Below, piece by piece: positions 38,955-48,018 of a stretch of 64,000 nucleotides of DNA (its first letter is position 1; each line of letters begins with the position of its first letter). Location of the stretch: positions 14,457-78,456 of the forward strand of contig JBPOIL010000010.1 of assembly GCA_052034495.1 (NCBI GenBank). Direction: 5' to 3'. The notes beneath the pieces are model-generated. The model did not search any database. It worked only from the letters and a program-made list of their open reading frames with translations, and had not been told where the DNA came from. The translations under genes were made by a program, and so were the position numbers. This DNA comes from Patescibacteria group bacterium. GTDB taxonomy: Bacteria; Patescibacteriota; Saccharimonadia; CAILAD01; JADZBC01.

Positions 38955-40145
38955 ATGATACCGCAAGCCAATACCCCCCTCGCCGAGCGCATGCGTCCCA
39001 ACACGATTAATGACGTCATGGGTCAGGAGCACATAATCGGCGACCAACAATTCCTAAGAAGCGTCATTGAACAAGGCAGGCCTGTCAGCATGATCCTGTG
39101 GGGTCCCCCAGGAACTGGTAAGACAACGCTGGCCCGAATCATTGCCCGCGCAAGTAACTTTGAGTTTGAAGAAATTAGTGCGGTTACATCTGGCCTACCG
39201 GATGTAAAGAAGGTAATAGAACGAGCCAAAATTGCGAAGAATGAAGGTAAAAACTCCCTGCTTTTCGTAGACGAGATCCACCGCTTCAACAAAGCCCAGC
39301 AAGACGCCTTTCTGCCCCATGTAGAGAACGGCACCATTGTAATGATAGGTGCTACAACTGAAAACCCGAGCTTCGAGGTTATTGGCCCCCTACTTAGTCG
39401 CAGTCGCGTAGTCGTGCTTGAACCACTCAGCAAAGACAGCATAGTCGCCATTCTAAAGCGTGCTGTTAAGCACCTGGGCACTACAAAAGTTGAGCCCAAG
39501 GCTATTGATCTACTCGCTGAAATGTCAGGAGGAGATGCGCGCATGGCTCTGACCGGCTTGGAAGCAGCTGCAGCAATTGAACAAAAAACCATCTCAGCCG
39601 AGACCATCAAGCAGGCCATGCAGCAAAAAACAGCTCGTTACGACAAGGGTGGCGAGTATCACTTCAACTTAATATCCGCATACATTAAATCCATGCGCGG
39701 CGGAGACGTCGATGCAGCACTCTACTACATGGCTCGCATGCTAGCCGGCGGCGAGGACCCTAAGTTCATAGCTCGTCGCTTAGTGGTCTTCGCTAGCGAA
39801 GACGTTGGTCTAGCCAGCCCCGGAGCGCTGACCTTGGCTGTATCAGCATTCCAGGCTGTTGAGCGAATCGGCATGCCAGAATGTCAAATAATACTCTCCC
39901 AAGCAACCATCACGATGGCTCGGAGTAAAAAGTCTCGTAGTAGCTACGATGCCATAATGACTGCAAACCAGGCGGCAAAGGATTTCCCCGATGCCCAGGT
40001 GCCTTTGCACTTACGGAACGCCCCCACCAAGCTCATGAAGAACCTTGGCTACGGCAAGGGAGCCAAGTGGGAAGCTGGCTTTGAACACCCAGACGGATTC
40101 ATACCAAAAGAGCTAAAAGGAAGAAGTATTTACCCAGGAGAGTAA
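38955..40145 (+). CDS. rarA: Replication-associated recombination protein A (AAA+ ATPase RarA/MgsA)
   Basis: Walker A ILWGPPGTGKTTLARIIA and Walker B LLFVDEIHRFNK. Confidence 0.9.
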   Translation: MIPQANTPLAERMRPNTINDVMGQEHIIGDQQFLRSVIEQGRPVSMILWGPPGTGKTTLARIIARASNFEFEEISAVTSGLPDVKKVIERAKIAKNEGKNSLLFVDEIHRFNKAQQDAFLPHVENGTIVMIGATTENPSFEVIGPLLSRSRVVVLEPLSKDSIVAILKRAVKHLGTTKVEPKAIDLLAEMSGGDARMALTGLEAAAAIEQKTISAETIKQAMQQKTARYDKGGEYHFNLISAYIKSMRGGDVDAALYYMARMLAGGEDPKFIARRLVVFASEDVGLASPGALTLAVSAFQAVERIGMPECQIILSQATITMARSKKSRSSYDAIMTANQAAKDFPDAQVPLHLRNAPTKLMKNLGYGKGAKWEAGFEHPDGFIPKELKGRSIYPGE

Positions 40146-40149
40146 TAGA

Positions 40150-40578
40150 ATGATAGTAGCCAGGCCAATTACAGAGCTCAATGATGAGCTGACTCAAAGA
40201 ATCCAAGAACTTAAAGCGCAATTATCAAAAGGCCGTAGAGGCAGCCTGAAGCAGTATGATGCGGCCGTAAACAATACCAATACAATAATAATCGGTGCTT
40301 GGGACGGGGAAAAGCTAGCTGGTATCGGAGTACTAAACATTGTTCAGACCCTTGGTGGCTGCGCGGGCGACATAGACGACGTAGTGGTGGGCGAAGAGTA
40401 TCGAGGCCAAGGCGTAGGTCGGATTATAATGGATGCGATAATTACTACGGCGAAAAACAAAGGCGCCACAAAGCTTAGGCTAACGTCAGCCGCGCGACGC
40501 GTAGAGGCTAACGGTCTGTATAGATCACTGGGCTTCAAACTACGCGAAACAAATAGCTACGTTTACAACGTAAAGTAA
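40150..40578 (+). CDS. GNAT-family N-acetyltransferase
   Basis: Acetyl-CoA-binding motif RGQGVGRIIMDAI. Confidence 0.8.
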   Translation: MIVARPITELNDELTQRIQELKAQLSKGRRGSLKQYDAAVNNTNTIIIGAWDGEKLAGIGVLNIVQTLGGCAGDIDDVVVGEEYRGQGVGRIIMDAIITTAKNKGATKLRLTSAARRVEANGLYRSLGFKLRETNSYVYNVK

Positions 40579-40797
40579 GCTAAATAAAAGCAGCCTAGCA
40601 AAGCTAGACTGGATAAGTGCTGATAGTGCTTCGAGCTCGCGGGGAGGATCTCCCTCCCCGCCGCTCAAGTACTGCATGAACCGTGCTTCAGCTGATGCTG
40701 CTTTGCCGAAGCCACTCCTCCTGAGAGGATGCGTGCAACAGGGAGTACCCTACTGCAACGACGACTGCCGCGATCAACCCGATCGCCGCCCAGCGCT

Positions 40798-41229
40798 TCA
40801 TCCCAGCCTGCCGAAAGCTTCGAGCCCAGCGGTGTCGGCTGCGGCCGGGGTGGACCAACTCTTTGGCCTGGCCAGGCCACCCTGCTTTGCCGACCTGGCT
40901 GTACAGCGCTTGCCCTCCAGCCTCTTCTGGGCGGCACCCTTGGCGTCGCTGTAGATCTTGATGAGGAGGAAGTCGAAGAGGACCACCACCCCAGCAAGCA
41001 GCTTCGGGTAACGCCTGGCGAGACGCAACACCGGGCCGGCCGTGACGGCCAGAACACCAGAGAAGGCGCCGATGCCAACCCAGACGATCTTGCTGGGGTT
41101 GTCTTCGGTGTAGACCCTCCCGTGGGCAGCGGCCTCCCGCTTTGCCGACGCATCGCCGAACTTGGCGAAGAGCCAGAACAGGGTGGCCCCCACCAAGCCA
41201 CCCACTACCAATTGCTGAGACTTCCGCAT
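40798..41229 (-). CDS. Hypothetical membrane protein (three transmembrane helices) in a high-GC islet
   Basis: High-GC ORF. Overlapping alternative frames look non-protein. A GC hairpin gcggggagg-atct-ccctccccgc at 40640-40661 lies downstream. Confidence 0.4.
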   Translation of the reverse strand: MRKSQQLVVGGLVGATLFWLFAKFGDASAKREAAAHGRVYTEDNPSKIVWVGIGAFSGVLAVTAGPVLRLARRYPKLLAGVVVLFDFLLIKIYSDAKGAAQKRLEGKRCTARSAKQGGLARPKSWSTPAAADTAGLEAFGRLG

Positions 41230-41312
41230 GTTTCCCCCTAGGGTCTAGACGATTGCGGTAGCAACATTGTGCCCTAAATAGACCTGGTTTTCAAGCATAA
41301 GGATGCTTTAAC

Positions 41313-41888
41313 TTACTTGATAAACCCTTTTATCGCCTCATTGCCCGTTAGCAACTTCAGCTGATCCTTCATCCAGTACGAATACACGCCCGGATCATGT
41401 GGGTCTTTGGCTACCTCGTCTAGTAGCCACTGCCAAGTAACCCATTTGTAGTCTGCTACCTCGTCTGGGTTTGGCACAGGATCTTGATCCAACACACCAG
41501 CAAAGATCGGACAAAATTCGTATTCTACGATTCCATTGTACGGCGGCGTCTTATATATGTATTCACTAACCGCATTAACGAGGCCGTTCACGGTCGGGAG
41601 CCCGAGCTCATAATCAAGACGGCGGGCGATTGCAGCTTCAAAAGATTCCCCTGGCCCAGGATGCCCACAAACGCTATTCGTCCAAACATTCGGCCAAATC
41701 TTCTTACCCGCAGCGCGCTGTGTGATGAGTAGCTCTCCCTTAGAATTAAACACATAGCAGGAAAAAGCCCGGTGCAATTTAGTGAGCGCACCATGGCTAT
41801 CGATCTTGGGGCCCGTCTCACCCGTAGGCTTGCCAGTATCGTCTACGAATACTACTTGTTCCTGATTCAGCTGATCTATACTTACCAT
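41313..41888 (-). CDS. idi: Isopentenyl-diphosphate delta-isomerase, type 1 (Nudix)
   Basis: FSCYVFNSKGELLITQRAAGKKIWPNVWTNSVCGHP...E-rich Nudix-like motif matching type-1 IDI. Confidence 0.85.
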   Translation of the reverse strand: MVSIDQLNQEQVVFVDDTGKPTGETGPKIDSHGALTKLHRAFSCYVFNSKGELLITQRAAGKKIWPNVWTNSVCGHPGPGESFEAAIARRLDYELGLPTVNGLVNAVSEYIYKTPPYNGIVEYEFCPIFAGVLDQDPVPNPDEVADYKWVTWQWLLDEVAKDPHDPGVYSYWMKDQLKLLTGNEAIKGFIK

Positions 41889-41895
41889 ATACTAA

Positions 41896-42603
41896 TTATA
41901 CCTCACCCCGTAAGTATTGTTGCCGCAATGGCTCGTCGAAACGCTCAATTGCGTAACGTAACATGGTGCGCGGCATAACCCTATAATGTTTCTTTAAAAA
42001 CTCCTCTTCGACCTCCTGACCACAACTCTTCCCCACCTCCCTGAGCATCCAGCCGACGGCTTTATGAATCAAATCATGTGTGTCACCCACCAAGATCTCG
42101 GCAATAGCAAAGGTGTCTTTATTCTCTCCGAGGCTAATGAAATGTGCGGTAGCAATAATAGCAATCCTGCGTTCCCATAAGTTGTCTGAACGAGCTAGTT
42201 CGTATAGCACGGCGCGATCTTTGTCCGCCAGGTACGCACCAACAATATTTGAGGCCGAACTATCTACCAGGTCCCAGTTATTTACGCGCTTGGTGTGCGC
42301 CATATAAAAGTCGTATATCTCGCCTCTCGCCTGCTCATCCAACTTCTTGAACCTATAGACCAGTATCAGAAGGCCCGTTAATCGCTCTTCGTGCACCGGG
42401 CTCAGTAGTAACTTTTCTACTTCCCCAAAGCTTAGGTCGGCGTATTGCCTAGCTACCTTGCGCTGATTCGGCACGGTCACGCCAATAAATACATCGCCCT
42501 CGCCATACTGGCCAGGACCTGTTTTGAAGAACCACTCAGAATTCTTAGCACGCTCGGGCGATGCGACCTGCTGCAACGCCTTTACGACGTCAGCGGCCCT
42601 CAC
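41896..42603 (-). CDS. DNA alkylation repair protein (AlkD/AlkC-like HEAT-repeat glycosylase)
   Basis: 235 aa. N-terminal KALQQVASPERAKNSEWFFKTGPGQYGEGDVFIGV is characteristic of the AlkD family. Confidence 0.75.
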   Translation of the reverse strand: MRAADVVKALQQVASPERAKNSEWFFKTGPGQYGEGDVFIGVTVPNQRKVARQYADLSFGEVEKLLLSPVHEERLTGLLILVYRFKKLDEQARGEIYDFYMAHTKRVNNWDLVDSSASNIVGAYLADKDRAVLYELARSDNLWERRIAIIATAHFISLGENKDTFAIAEILVGDTHDLIHKAVGWMLREVGKSCGQEVEEEFLKKHYRVMPRTMLRYAIERFDEPLRQQYLRGEV

Positions 42604-42836
42604 TTGCCTGCCTTATGATTGGTCCTTCCCCAAGAAATATGCGCCCAGACGCGTTCGTGAAAGTAATATATGACGGTACTGATTACAGCTGCCCAGCCAG
42701 TTAGCTGAACGGCGCTATCCATACTGCCAGTGACGAAATATGTAACAATAAATAGCTCGAGCGAGATAATCACCCGATAGGTAAATGTTTTAGCCAGAGA
42801 TCGATAGCTATGTTCGTGATGTTTGGGTCTTTGCAT
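42600..42836 (-). CDS. DUF2061-like small membrane protein
   Basis: 78 aa with two transmembrane helices. FTYRVIISLELFIVTYFVTGS pattern. Confidence 0.55.
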   Translation of the reverse strand: MQRPKHHEHSYRSLAKTFTYRVIISLELFIVTYFVTGSMDSAVQLTGWAAVISTVIYYFHERVWAHISWGRTNHKAGK

Positions 42837-42874
42837 AAGACCATTATACTCGGCTTAGCGACGCGAGTAAGTAC

Positions 42875-43129
42875 TTAACGACGAGTTTTGCGCGAGTTTG
42901 ATGGAAAGAACTTCTTCACAAGGTCGGCCAACATTATAAGTGGGCTTGCTGTGTCCCGAACCGCCCCACTGACCTCCTGGAGGTTGTCTAGGATTTCTCC
43001 CATTTGTGCCGGTACTGTCTTCATATCCTTCATAAACCGAATAAGTAATGTTGTGGCAATAATTGCCAGCACCAAGAAGACTGCGAGAGTTATTGATAGG
43101 ATTACGACGAGTATTTGGAAAGCATTCAT
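42875..43129 (-). CDS. Small membrane protein (DUF948-like)
   Basis: N-terminal transmembrane helix, then a coiled region. Followed by the bidirectional terminator at 43188-43211. Confidence 0.5.
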   Translation of the reverse strand: MNAFQILVVILSITLAVFLVLAIIATTLLIRFMKDMKTVPAQMGEILDNLQEVSGAVRDTASPLIMLADLVKKFFPSNSRKTRR

Positions 43130-43238
43130 ATCTATATTCTATCAGATTATATGGCCTTTGTCAATGCTTAAGATCTGACGTAACTTTAAAAGGCGCCCGA
43201 GGGCGCCTTTTAACTAAGCCGTGTAGATTTACACTGAA

Positions 43239-43640
43239 CTATTCTACTACTTTGACCTCATCGCCGTGAACGGTAAGAGCAAAGATTACCAATACACTAA
43301 CTGCGATTGTGATAACCGACCAAATTGGGTAGATGTTGACTGATGCCAAGTTTGCAGCTGCGCTACCAAGTGCAATCAATACACCAACTACGCGAGCCCA
43401 AGCGGAACCCTTCATAACACCAAAGCCTGCTAAGAGAACAGTTAGGCCCAAGAGGAAGTAGGTCCAGCCCCATGTGCTAAAGTCGAGCAAGAGCAGCTTT
43501 GACTCTGTAGTAACGAGCCAATCGCTGTTGAAGAGGACTGTGAGTCCGGCGATCATTTGGAAAGTACCAAGCATGGTCATCATGAAGCCTGCGAAGAAAA
43601 TCCAGCCGACCCAGCCAGTAACGTTATTTTTAGTTGCCAT
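43239..43640 (-). CDS. Hypothetical integral membrane protein
   Basis: Four predicted transmembrane helices. Length 133 aa. Confidence 0.5.
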   Translation of the reverse strand: MATKNNVTGWVGWIFFAGFMMTMLGTFQMIAGLTVLFNSDWLVTTESKLLLLDFSTWGWTYFLLGLTVLLAGFGVMKGSAWARVVGVLIALGSAAANLASVNIYPIWSVITIAVSVLVIFALTVHGDEVKVVE

Positions 43641-44036
43641 GATAAAACTTCTTAATTACCCTTTAATTGTCCTCCTGCCCTTGGTATCTTGTCAATAGTA
43701 TGGTCTAGCTATGCTTCTGTCGTGGTGTTGTAACAATGTAGATAAGCGCCACGAAGGCCAATAGTACAAGAATAGTACAAACAATACTGAGTGGCGTTTG
43801 GTCCGGCCAGAACGCAAGGTATAGGGCGGACAGAGCAGCTGCGGCGCCATAAAGATACTGACGAGCGGCAACGTTGCAATTCCTTTTGGCATGCTGAGCG
43901 CCGGCACAGTGCTCTTGGCACGAAACCTAGGCCTGTTTGCATCTAACTCTTCCGCCACTGGAATCCTCTTGCTCCTTATCGGGCTTGGCATTTTGGTAAT
44001 TGCCGTATCCCCCAAGGGCAAACCACAAGACTAGAC

Positions 44037-44471
44037 TTATTCGCCGGCTTTTAGCTTTTGTTTGCGTTCGCGTAGCTTTTTCAAGTTCGTAACATTTGGT
44101 ATGGGTTGAGTCTTTATACTTAGGTCTGGCACTTCTTTAGAAAACCCAAGTCTTGCCATACCTATAAATGCCCCGATAGTGAGCCAGGTCGCGGAGTATG
44201 CAAAGCTCTTGCCGAATGCGCGCCCTAATCGCTCTGCAGTGGCGAGCGAGTAAACAAACCCAACGTACGGAACGAGGGCATAGAAAAACCAGTGTCGAGG
44301 TAGGCCTACAGATGCCATCAGCGCCATGAAATTATATCCAGGTACAAACGCCTGCCACCAAGGAGTCTGTAATTTACGTAGCACAGCAGCCAAGCAGATG
44401 CAGTACCAAAAGTAAGCCACGAGAATAATCGCTATCACAATCATGCCAAATTGGGCTATAGCTTCACTCAT
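44037..44471 (-). CDS. Hypothetical integral membrane protein
   Basis: Three to four predicted transmembrane helices. Length 144 aa. Confidence 0.5.
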   Translation of the reverse strand: MSEAIAQFGMIVIAIILVAYFWYCICLAAVLRKLQTPWWQAFVPGYNFMALMASVGLPRHWFFYALVPYVGFVYSLATAERLGRAFGKSFAYSATWLTIGAFIGMARLGFSKEVPDLSIKTQPIPNVTNLKKLRERKQKLKAGE

Positions 44472-44510
44472 GTCTATATCGTAGCACAGAGGCTCATTAT
44501 GAAGCGCAAG

Positions 44511-45281
44511 TTATGGGCGCAACGTACCAAAGAACACTTGCCAGGCGAGTGCTGATTTGGCAACTAGGCTAAGAATTATATACACGCGCTCACCATACAG
44601 GTAGTCCTTCCATTTTCCAACTTGCTTGTACTGCAGGAACATATTGATCGCAAAGATGTTAAAGAAGGCAAAGATCGAAACGTAAATCCAGTAAACAAAA
44701 GCGGGGATGTTGCCACTGCCGTAGGTGTTGCTCGCCCAGAATGAAGTAGCAACGATTATCCATGGAACTATGCCGGCAATACAACCAACGACGAAACTAA
44801 CCCACTTAGTCTTTTCTGTAGTCTGATTGTGAATCTCCATCACCAAGCCCATCAGATTCATGACCGCGACAAGCGCAAATATACCGATTAAAAGCGAGAG
44901 GTCGTATATGCCGACCAGGAGCGAAATAGCCACCATCATGGTGCTAGCAGATAACGAGTATTCGATCCAGCGAGCTCGGTTGATACCTTTGCCAAGGTCC
45001 TTGTTATAACGCTTATTGTAAACCGTAGCGATTATCAGGTGCGCCAATGATGACATTACCAGGAACGCAACCACGAGGTATGCTAGCGGGACATCAAAGA
45101 GGGTCTTTGTAGCAGACTCTAAGTTTTGAGTCTGCCGGTTGAAAGATAGGAAGCTCGTGGTAACAGGCAGTAAAAACTCTTTGCTCAAGAGCAAGATAGC
45201 CAAGGCCTGGACCGCGTGCAACGCAGCCATTTTAAAGTTAAATGATCTCAGCCCTGCTTTCGTAATCTTTTTTCGAGCCAC
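44511..45281 (-). CDS. Heliorhodopsin
   Basis: Seven transmembrane helices. Strong similarity to heliorhodopsin 48C12 in RWIEYSLSASTM, VGCIAGIVPW and YLYGERVYIILSLVAKSALAWQVFFGTL. The retinal Schiff-base Lys in LVAKSA is present. Confidence 0.85.
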   Translation of the reverse strand: MARKKITKAGLRSFNFKMAALHAVQALAILLLSKEFLLPVTTSFLSFNRQTQNLESATKTLFDVPLAYLVVAFLVMSSLAHLIIATVYNKRYNKDLGKGINRARWIEYSLSASTMMVAISLLVGIYDLSLLIGIFALVAVMNLMGLVMEIHNQTTEKTKWVSFVVGCIAGIVPWIIVATSFWASNTYGSGNIPAFVYWIYVSIFAFFNIFAINMFLQYKQVGKWKDYLYGERVYIILSLVAKSALAWQVFFGTLRP

Positions 45282-45776
45282 TTCGTAATCTCCTTATTTA
45301 GGATGATTATAGCATAACGCCTATGCTAGCGGTTGCACGTAGTGTTCTATACCATACTGTTAGGCCGGCCATGAAAGGAGTCGAGTTGCCGAATAGGATA
45401 GCCAAGCGGCACCTGGTGCCAACTCACGACAGTCCGCGAACGTGGTGTCAAATGGGATCAGGCCACGTTCACACAACTGAAAGCCCATCTGGGGCAACAT
45501 GCAACGGGTGTCTCAAGGCGTATTGGAGGACGGTAGTACCAGATCCAGCTGTCATTACAGACCTGCTGCTAGCACTCCACCCCAACAACTCAGACCCCAT
45601 GACCTCGTGCCAGCGTGTGCTCTACCAAGTACTAACTGGTCACAAGCTCCCAAATGCCTGAACTCACATCGACGTGGGTTCAGGCATTTCCCTTTATCTA
45701 CTTTTTTGTTTCAGTTTATCGCAGTGTTTCCTTGTAAATTACCTATTTAACAGATTGTATTTAGTGCCAATAAGCA

Positions 45777-45805
45777 TTGACAAAATACTAAATTTGTGCT
45801 AATAT
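45777..45805 (+). promoter_or_regulatory. Consensus sigma-70 promoter TTGACA-N17-TAATAT for the high-GC operon
   Basis: TTGACA at 45777-45782, a 17-nt spacer, TAATAT at 45800-45805. AAGGAG lies 7 nt before the TTG start at 45873. Confidence 0.65.
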
Positions 45806-45872
45806 TCTTGGGTTACCTGGCTTCGAACCAGGAGCACATCACATCCAAGAAGCATACCAAGGAGAAGGTGCC

Positions 45873-46502
45873 TTGCAGGCAACCGACCAGTCCACATCCA
45901 CCTCGCGAGCACTCGTGCTCGCCGACAAGATCCTGCCGGCCATCATGGACCCGGCGCAGTTCCCGCAGATCGCGGGCGGCAAGTCCCAGACCGACAAGAT
46001 CAACCTCGCGCGCGACGTGGCCGACATCGTCGTTCGTCGCAACGCCGACGAGAGCCAGGACGAGGGCTTCGCCCTCACCCTGGTGACCACCATGGACGAG
46101 TTCCCCAAGAAGGCTTCCAAGGCTGCCGTCAGCCTGCTGCTCGACACGGGGATGAGCTCGATGGAGGTGCACGGGGCGATGAAGTTCGCCACGGAGCTGG
46201 ACGTCAGCCTGGACTTCGCCATCACGTGGATGAAGTACTGGGACGTCACCCTGTCCGACGAGGACGAGGTGTCAGCCTGTGCGGACTCCACCATCGAGCT
46301 GCTCAACGCGCAGCCGCGCGGCGTCGGGATCAACGCCCAGGGCAAGCTCCAGGGCGGGACCCGTCCGCGGAACCCGCACTCGGTCCCCGACCCGGGGCAG
46401 AGCCAGGACCGCGAGCAGATCCTGCTCACGGCCCGCCAGCTCGGCGAAGACCTCAACAAGAGGACCCTCGACGAGCTGGTCGACCACTTCGGTGGCTCCT
46501 GA
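45873..46502 (+). CDS. Hypothetical protein (high GC), first gene of a two-gene operon
   Basis: TTG start with a good ribosome-binding site. 209 aa, no recognizable domain. Its stop overlaps the next start (TGATG). Confidence 0.5.
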   Translation: MQATDQSTSTSRALVLADKILPAIMDPAQFPQIAGGKSQTDKINLARDVADIVVRRNADESQDEGFALTLVTTMDEFPKKASKAAVSLLLDTGMSSMEVHGAMKFATELDVSLDFAITWMKYWDVTLSDEDEVSACADSTIELLNAQPRGVGINAQGKLQGGTRPRNPHSVPDPGQSQDREQILLTARQLGEDLNKRTLDELVDHFGGS

Positions 46503-47431
46503 TGGCTCGCCTACAGAACCCCTTCTTGACCCTCGGGCTCACCCCCGCAGTGGTCAAGAAGGCCAAGTTCGAAGGCGCCATCGCCATCGCCAAGGTCATG
46601 TACCTGCAGAACAGTCGCCTTCACCACCCCGACACGGGCGGTGACAGGCGGCTGTTCGAGGCCGTGGCCGAGGCGTGGGAGCTACTCAACGGCGAGATGG
46701 CACAGGCCTTCTACGACGAGTACGTCTCGTCGCAGGCCGCCAAGCGGGCAGAGTCAGCAGCCCAGCTCCGCCTCGAACATGAGGCCGAGCTGAAGCAGTG
46801 GCGGGACGCCCTCGAGCGCACGCTCGAAGCGCCCCACCGTCAAGGAAACGTGTTCAACCCCACGGCAGGCCTTCGGGTCCTGCTGAGGGGCAAGCACTCC
46901 TTCCTGGAGCTGACGTTCGAGGGCGGCAAGCTGGCAGTACACACGCATGACCAGCTAGACCAAGAAGAGATGCCCTCCACTGTCAAGGGAGGCATGTCGG
47001 CCTACTACTACTCCAACGGGGAAACCCTGAAGAGTCATGGTGGAATCGACGGTGACGGCAAGGAGCTGGAAGCCGACGAGGGCCCAACCGACCTTCGGGA
47101 AGGATGGTACCAAATCGGACCAGTCACGGACGAAGGGACCAATCTCTACTCCCCGCTGGAGCCTTCGGGCAGAAAGCAGGAGAAGGACGTCTCGCCGTTC
47201 GTGCTGATCAGGGGCCACGCCACACGGGTCGCAGCCGACATCGGTCGGCAGCGTAGGCTCTCGGCAGGCGAGGACGATGCGTCCATCGCCGGCATCGAGG
47301 TCTCAAGTCTCGTGAGCAACCCTCAGCTCCTCAGCTTCGAGTGGAAGGAGGGCGCAGCCCTACTGGCCATCACACCGGGCCAAAGGATCGACATCCTCGG
47401 CACGGTGGTTGGCATCTACGCGCCGACCTGA
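46502..47431 (+). CDS. J-domain (DnaJ-like, HPD motif) protein with a ~240-aa C-terminal domain of unknown function
   Basis: MARLQNPFLTLGLTPAVVKKAKFEGAIAIAKVMYLQNSRLHHPDTGGDRRLFEAVAEAWELL has helix II, the HPD loop and helix III spacing of a J domain. The table ORF starting at 46226 overlaps the upstream gene and is an over-extension. Confidence 0.6.
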   Translation: MARLQNPFLTLGLTPAVVKKAKFEGAIAIAKVMYLQNSRLHHPDTGGDRRLFEAVAEAWELLNGEMAQAFYDEYVSSQAAKRAESAAQLRLEHEAELKQWRDALERTLEAPHRQGNVFNPTAGLRVLLRGKHSFLELTFEGGKLAVHTHDQLDQEEMPSTVKGGMSAYYYSNGETLKSHGGIDGDGKELEADEGPTDLREGWYQIGPVTDEGTNLYSPLEPSGRKQEKDVSPFVLIRGHATRVAADIGRQRRLSAGEDDASIAGIEVSSLVSNPQLLSFEWKEGAALLAITPGQRIDILGTVVGIYAPT

Positions 47432-47463
47432 GCTGAGCTCTCATGCTTCCTGGGATGTGATTC

Positions 47464-47541
47464 CCGGGGACGCCCCTAAAAAGGCGTCCCCGGTTTCCCA
47501 AGCAATTATCTAAAAACCACCTCAAACACGAGGTGGTTTTT
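47464..47541. terminator. Tandem hairpins ending the high-GC operon
   Basis: A GC hairpin ccggggacgcc-cctaaaaag-ggcgtccccgg (47464-47493) is followed by the bidirectional terminator aaaaaccacctc-aaacac-gaggtggttttt (47512-47541). Confidence 0.75.
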
Positions 47542-47567
47542 GCTTCATAAGATATTAAATACCTAGC

Positions 47568-47909
47568 TTAACAACGCTCATCGCCCCATACACTTAAATC
47601 TTTAATCACTTTGTGAAGCGAGCGGCCCTTTTCGGTAAGAGTGTACTCAACCTTAGGTGGCACTTCGGCATACACCTTCTTCGTTATAATCTTATCCTGT
47701 TCAAGCTGCTGTAGGCGCAAGGCCAGCGTACGAGGACTAAGGCCTAAATCATCCTGCAATTCCCCGAAGCGCTTAGTGCCATCAAACAAACTATACAGAA
47801 TCATAAGCGCCCATTTGCTGCCAATTATCTTGAGAGTCTTGGCAAGACCGCAGTTAACATAGTCTTTCTTTTGCTCTGGTTTGGCTGATTTTTGGGTTGC
47901 TTTCATAGC
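47568..47909 (-). CDS. HxlR-family winged-helix transcriptional regulator
   Basis: CGLAKTLKIIGSKWALMILYSLFDGTKRFGELQ is the HxlR/MarR-like HTH. Divergent from the FMN reductase gene. Confidence 0.8.
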   Translation of the reverse strand, partial: AMKATQKSAKPEQKKDYVNCGLAKTLKIIGSKWALMILYSLFDGTKRFGELQDDLGLSPRTLALRLQQLEQDKIITKKVYAEVPPKVEYTLTEKGRSLHKVIKDLSVWGDERC

Positions 47910-48018
47910 CGAATTATAACACAAAACTATAGCATGATACTATACTGTTTGTAACTGCTTTACATTGTATAGTTATTACTATAGACTTTATACTATATAA
48001 AATATAGTAAGGAGAAAT

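Noticed and set aside
40665-41241. ORFs 40665..41201(-) and 40729..41241(+) overlapping the membrane-protein ORF
   Set aside because: They have Ser/Arg/Pro-rich nonsense-like composition. The 40798..41229 frame gives three clean transmembrane helices.
45323-45661. 112-aa ORF and possible RNase P-like RNA between the heliorhodopsin gene and the high-GC operon
   Set aside because: There is no ribosome-binding site and no recognizable domain. P4-like strands do not pair. Only the terminator-like hairpin AAATGCCTGAAC...GTTCAGGCATTT (45646-45683) is solid. It is left uncalled.
45795-45830. tRNA-like T-arm (cctgg-cttcgaa-ccagg, or rc cctgg-ttcgaag-ccagg) in the 5' region of the high-GC operon
   Set aside because: No complementary acceptor stem, D arm or anticodon arm can be built on either strand. 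It is more likely a 5'-UTR hairpin.
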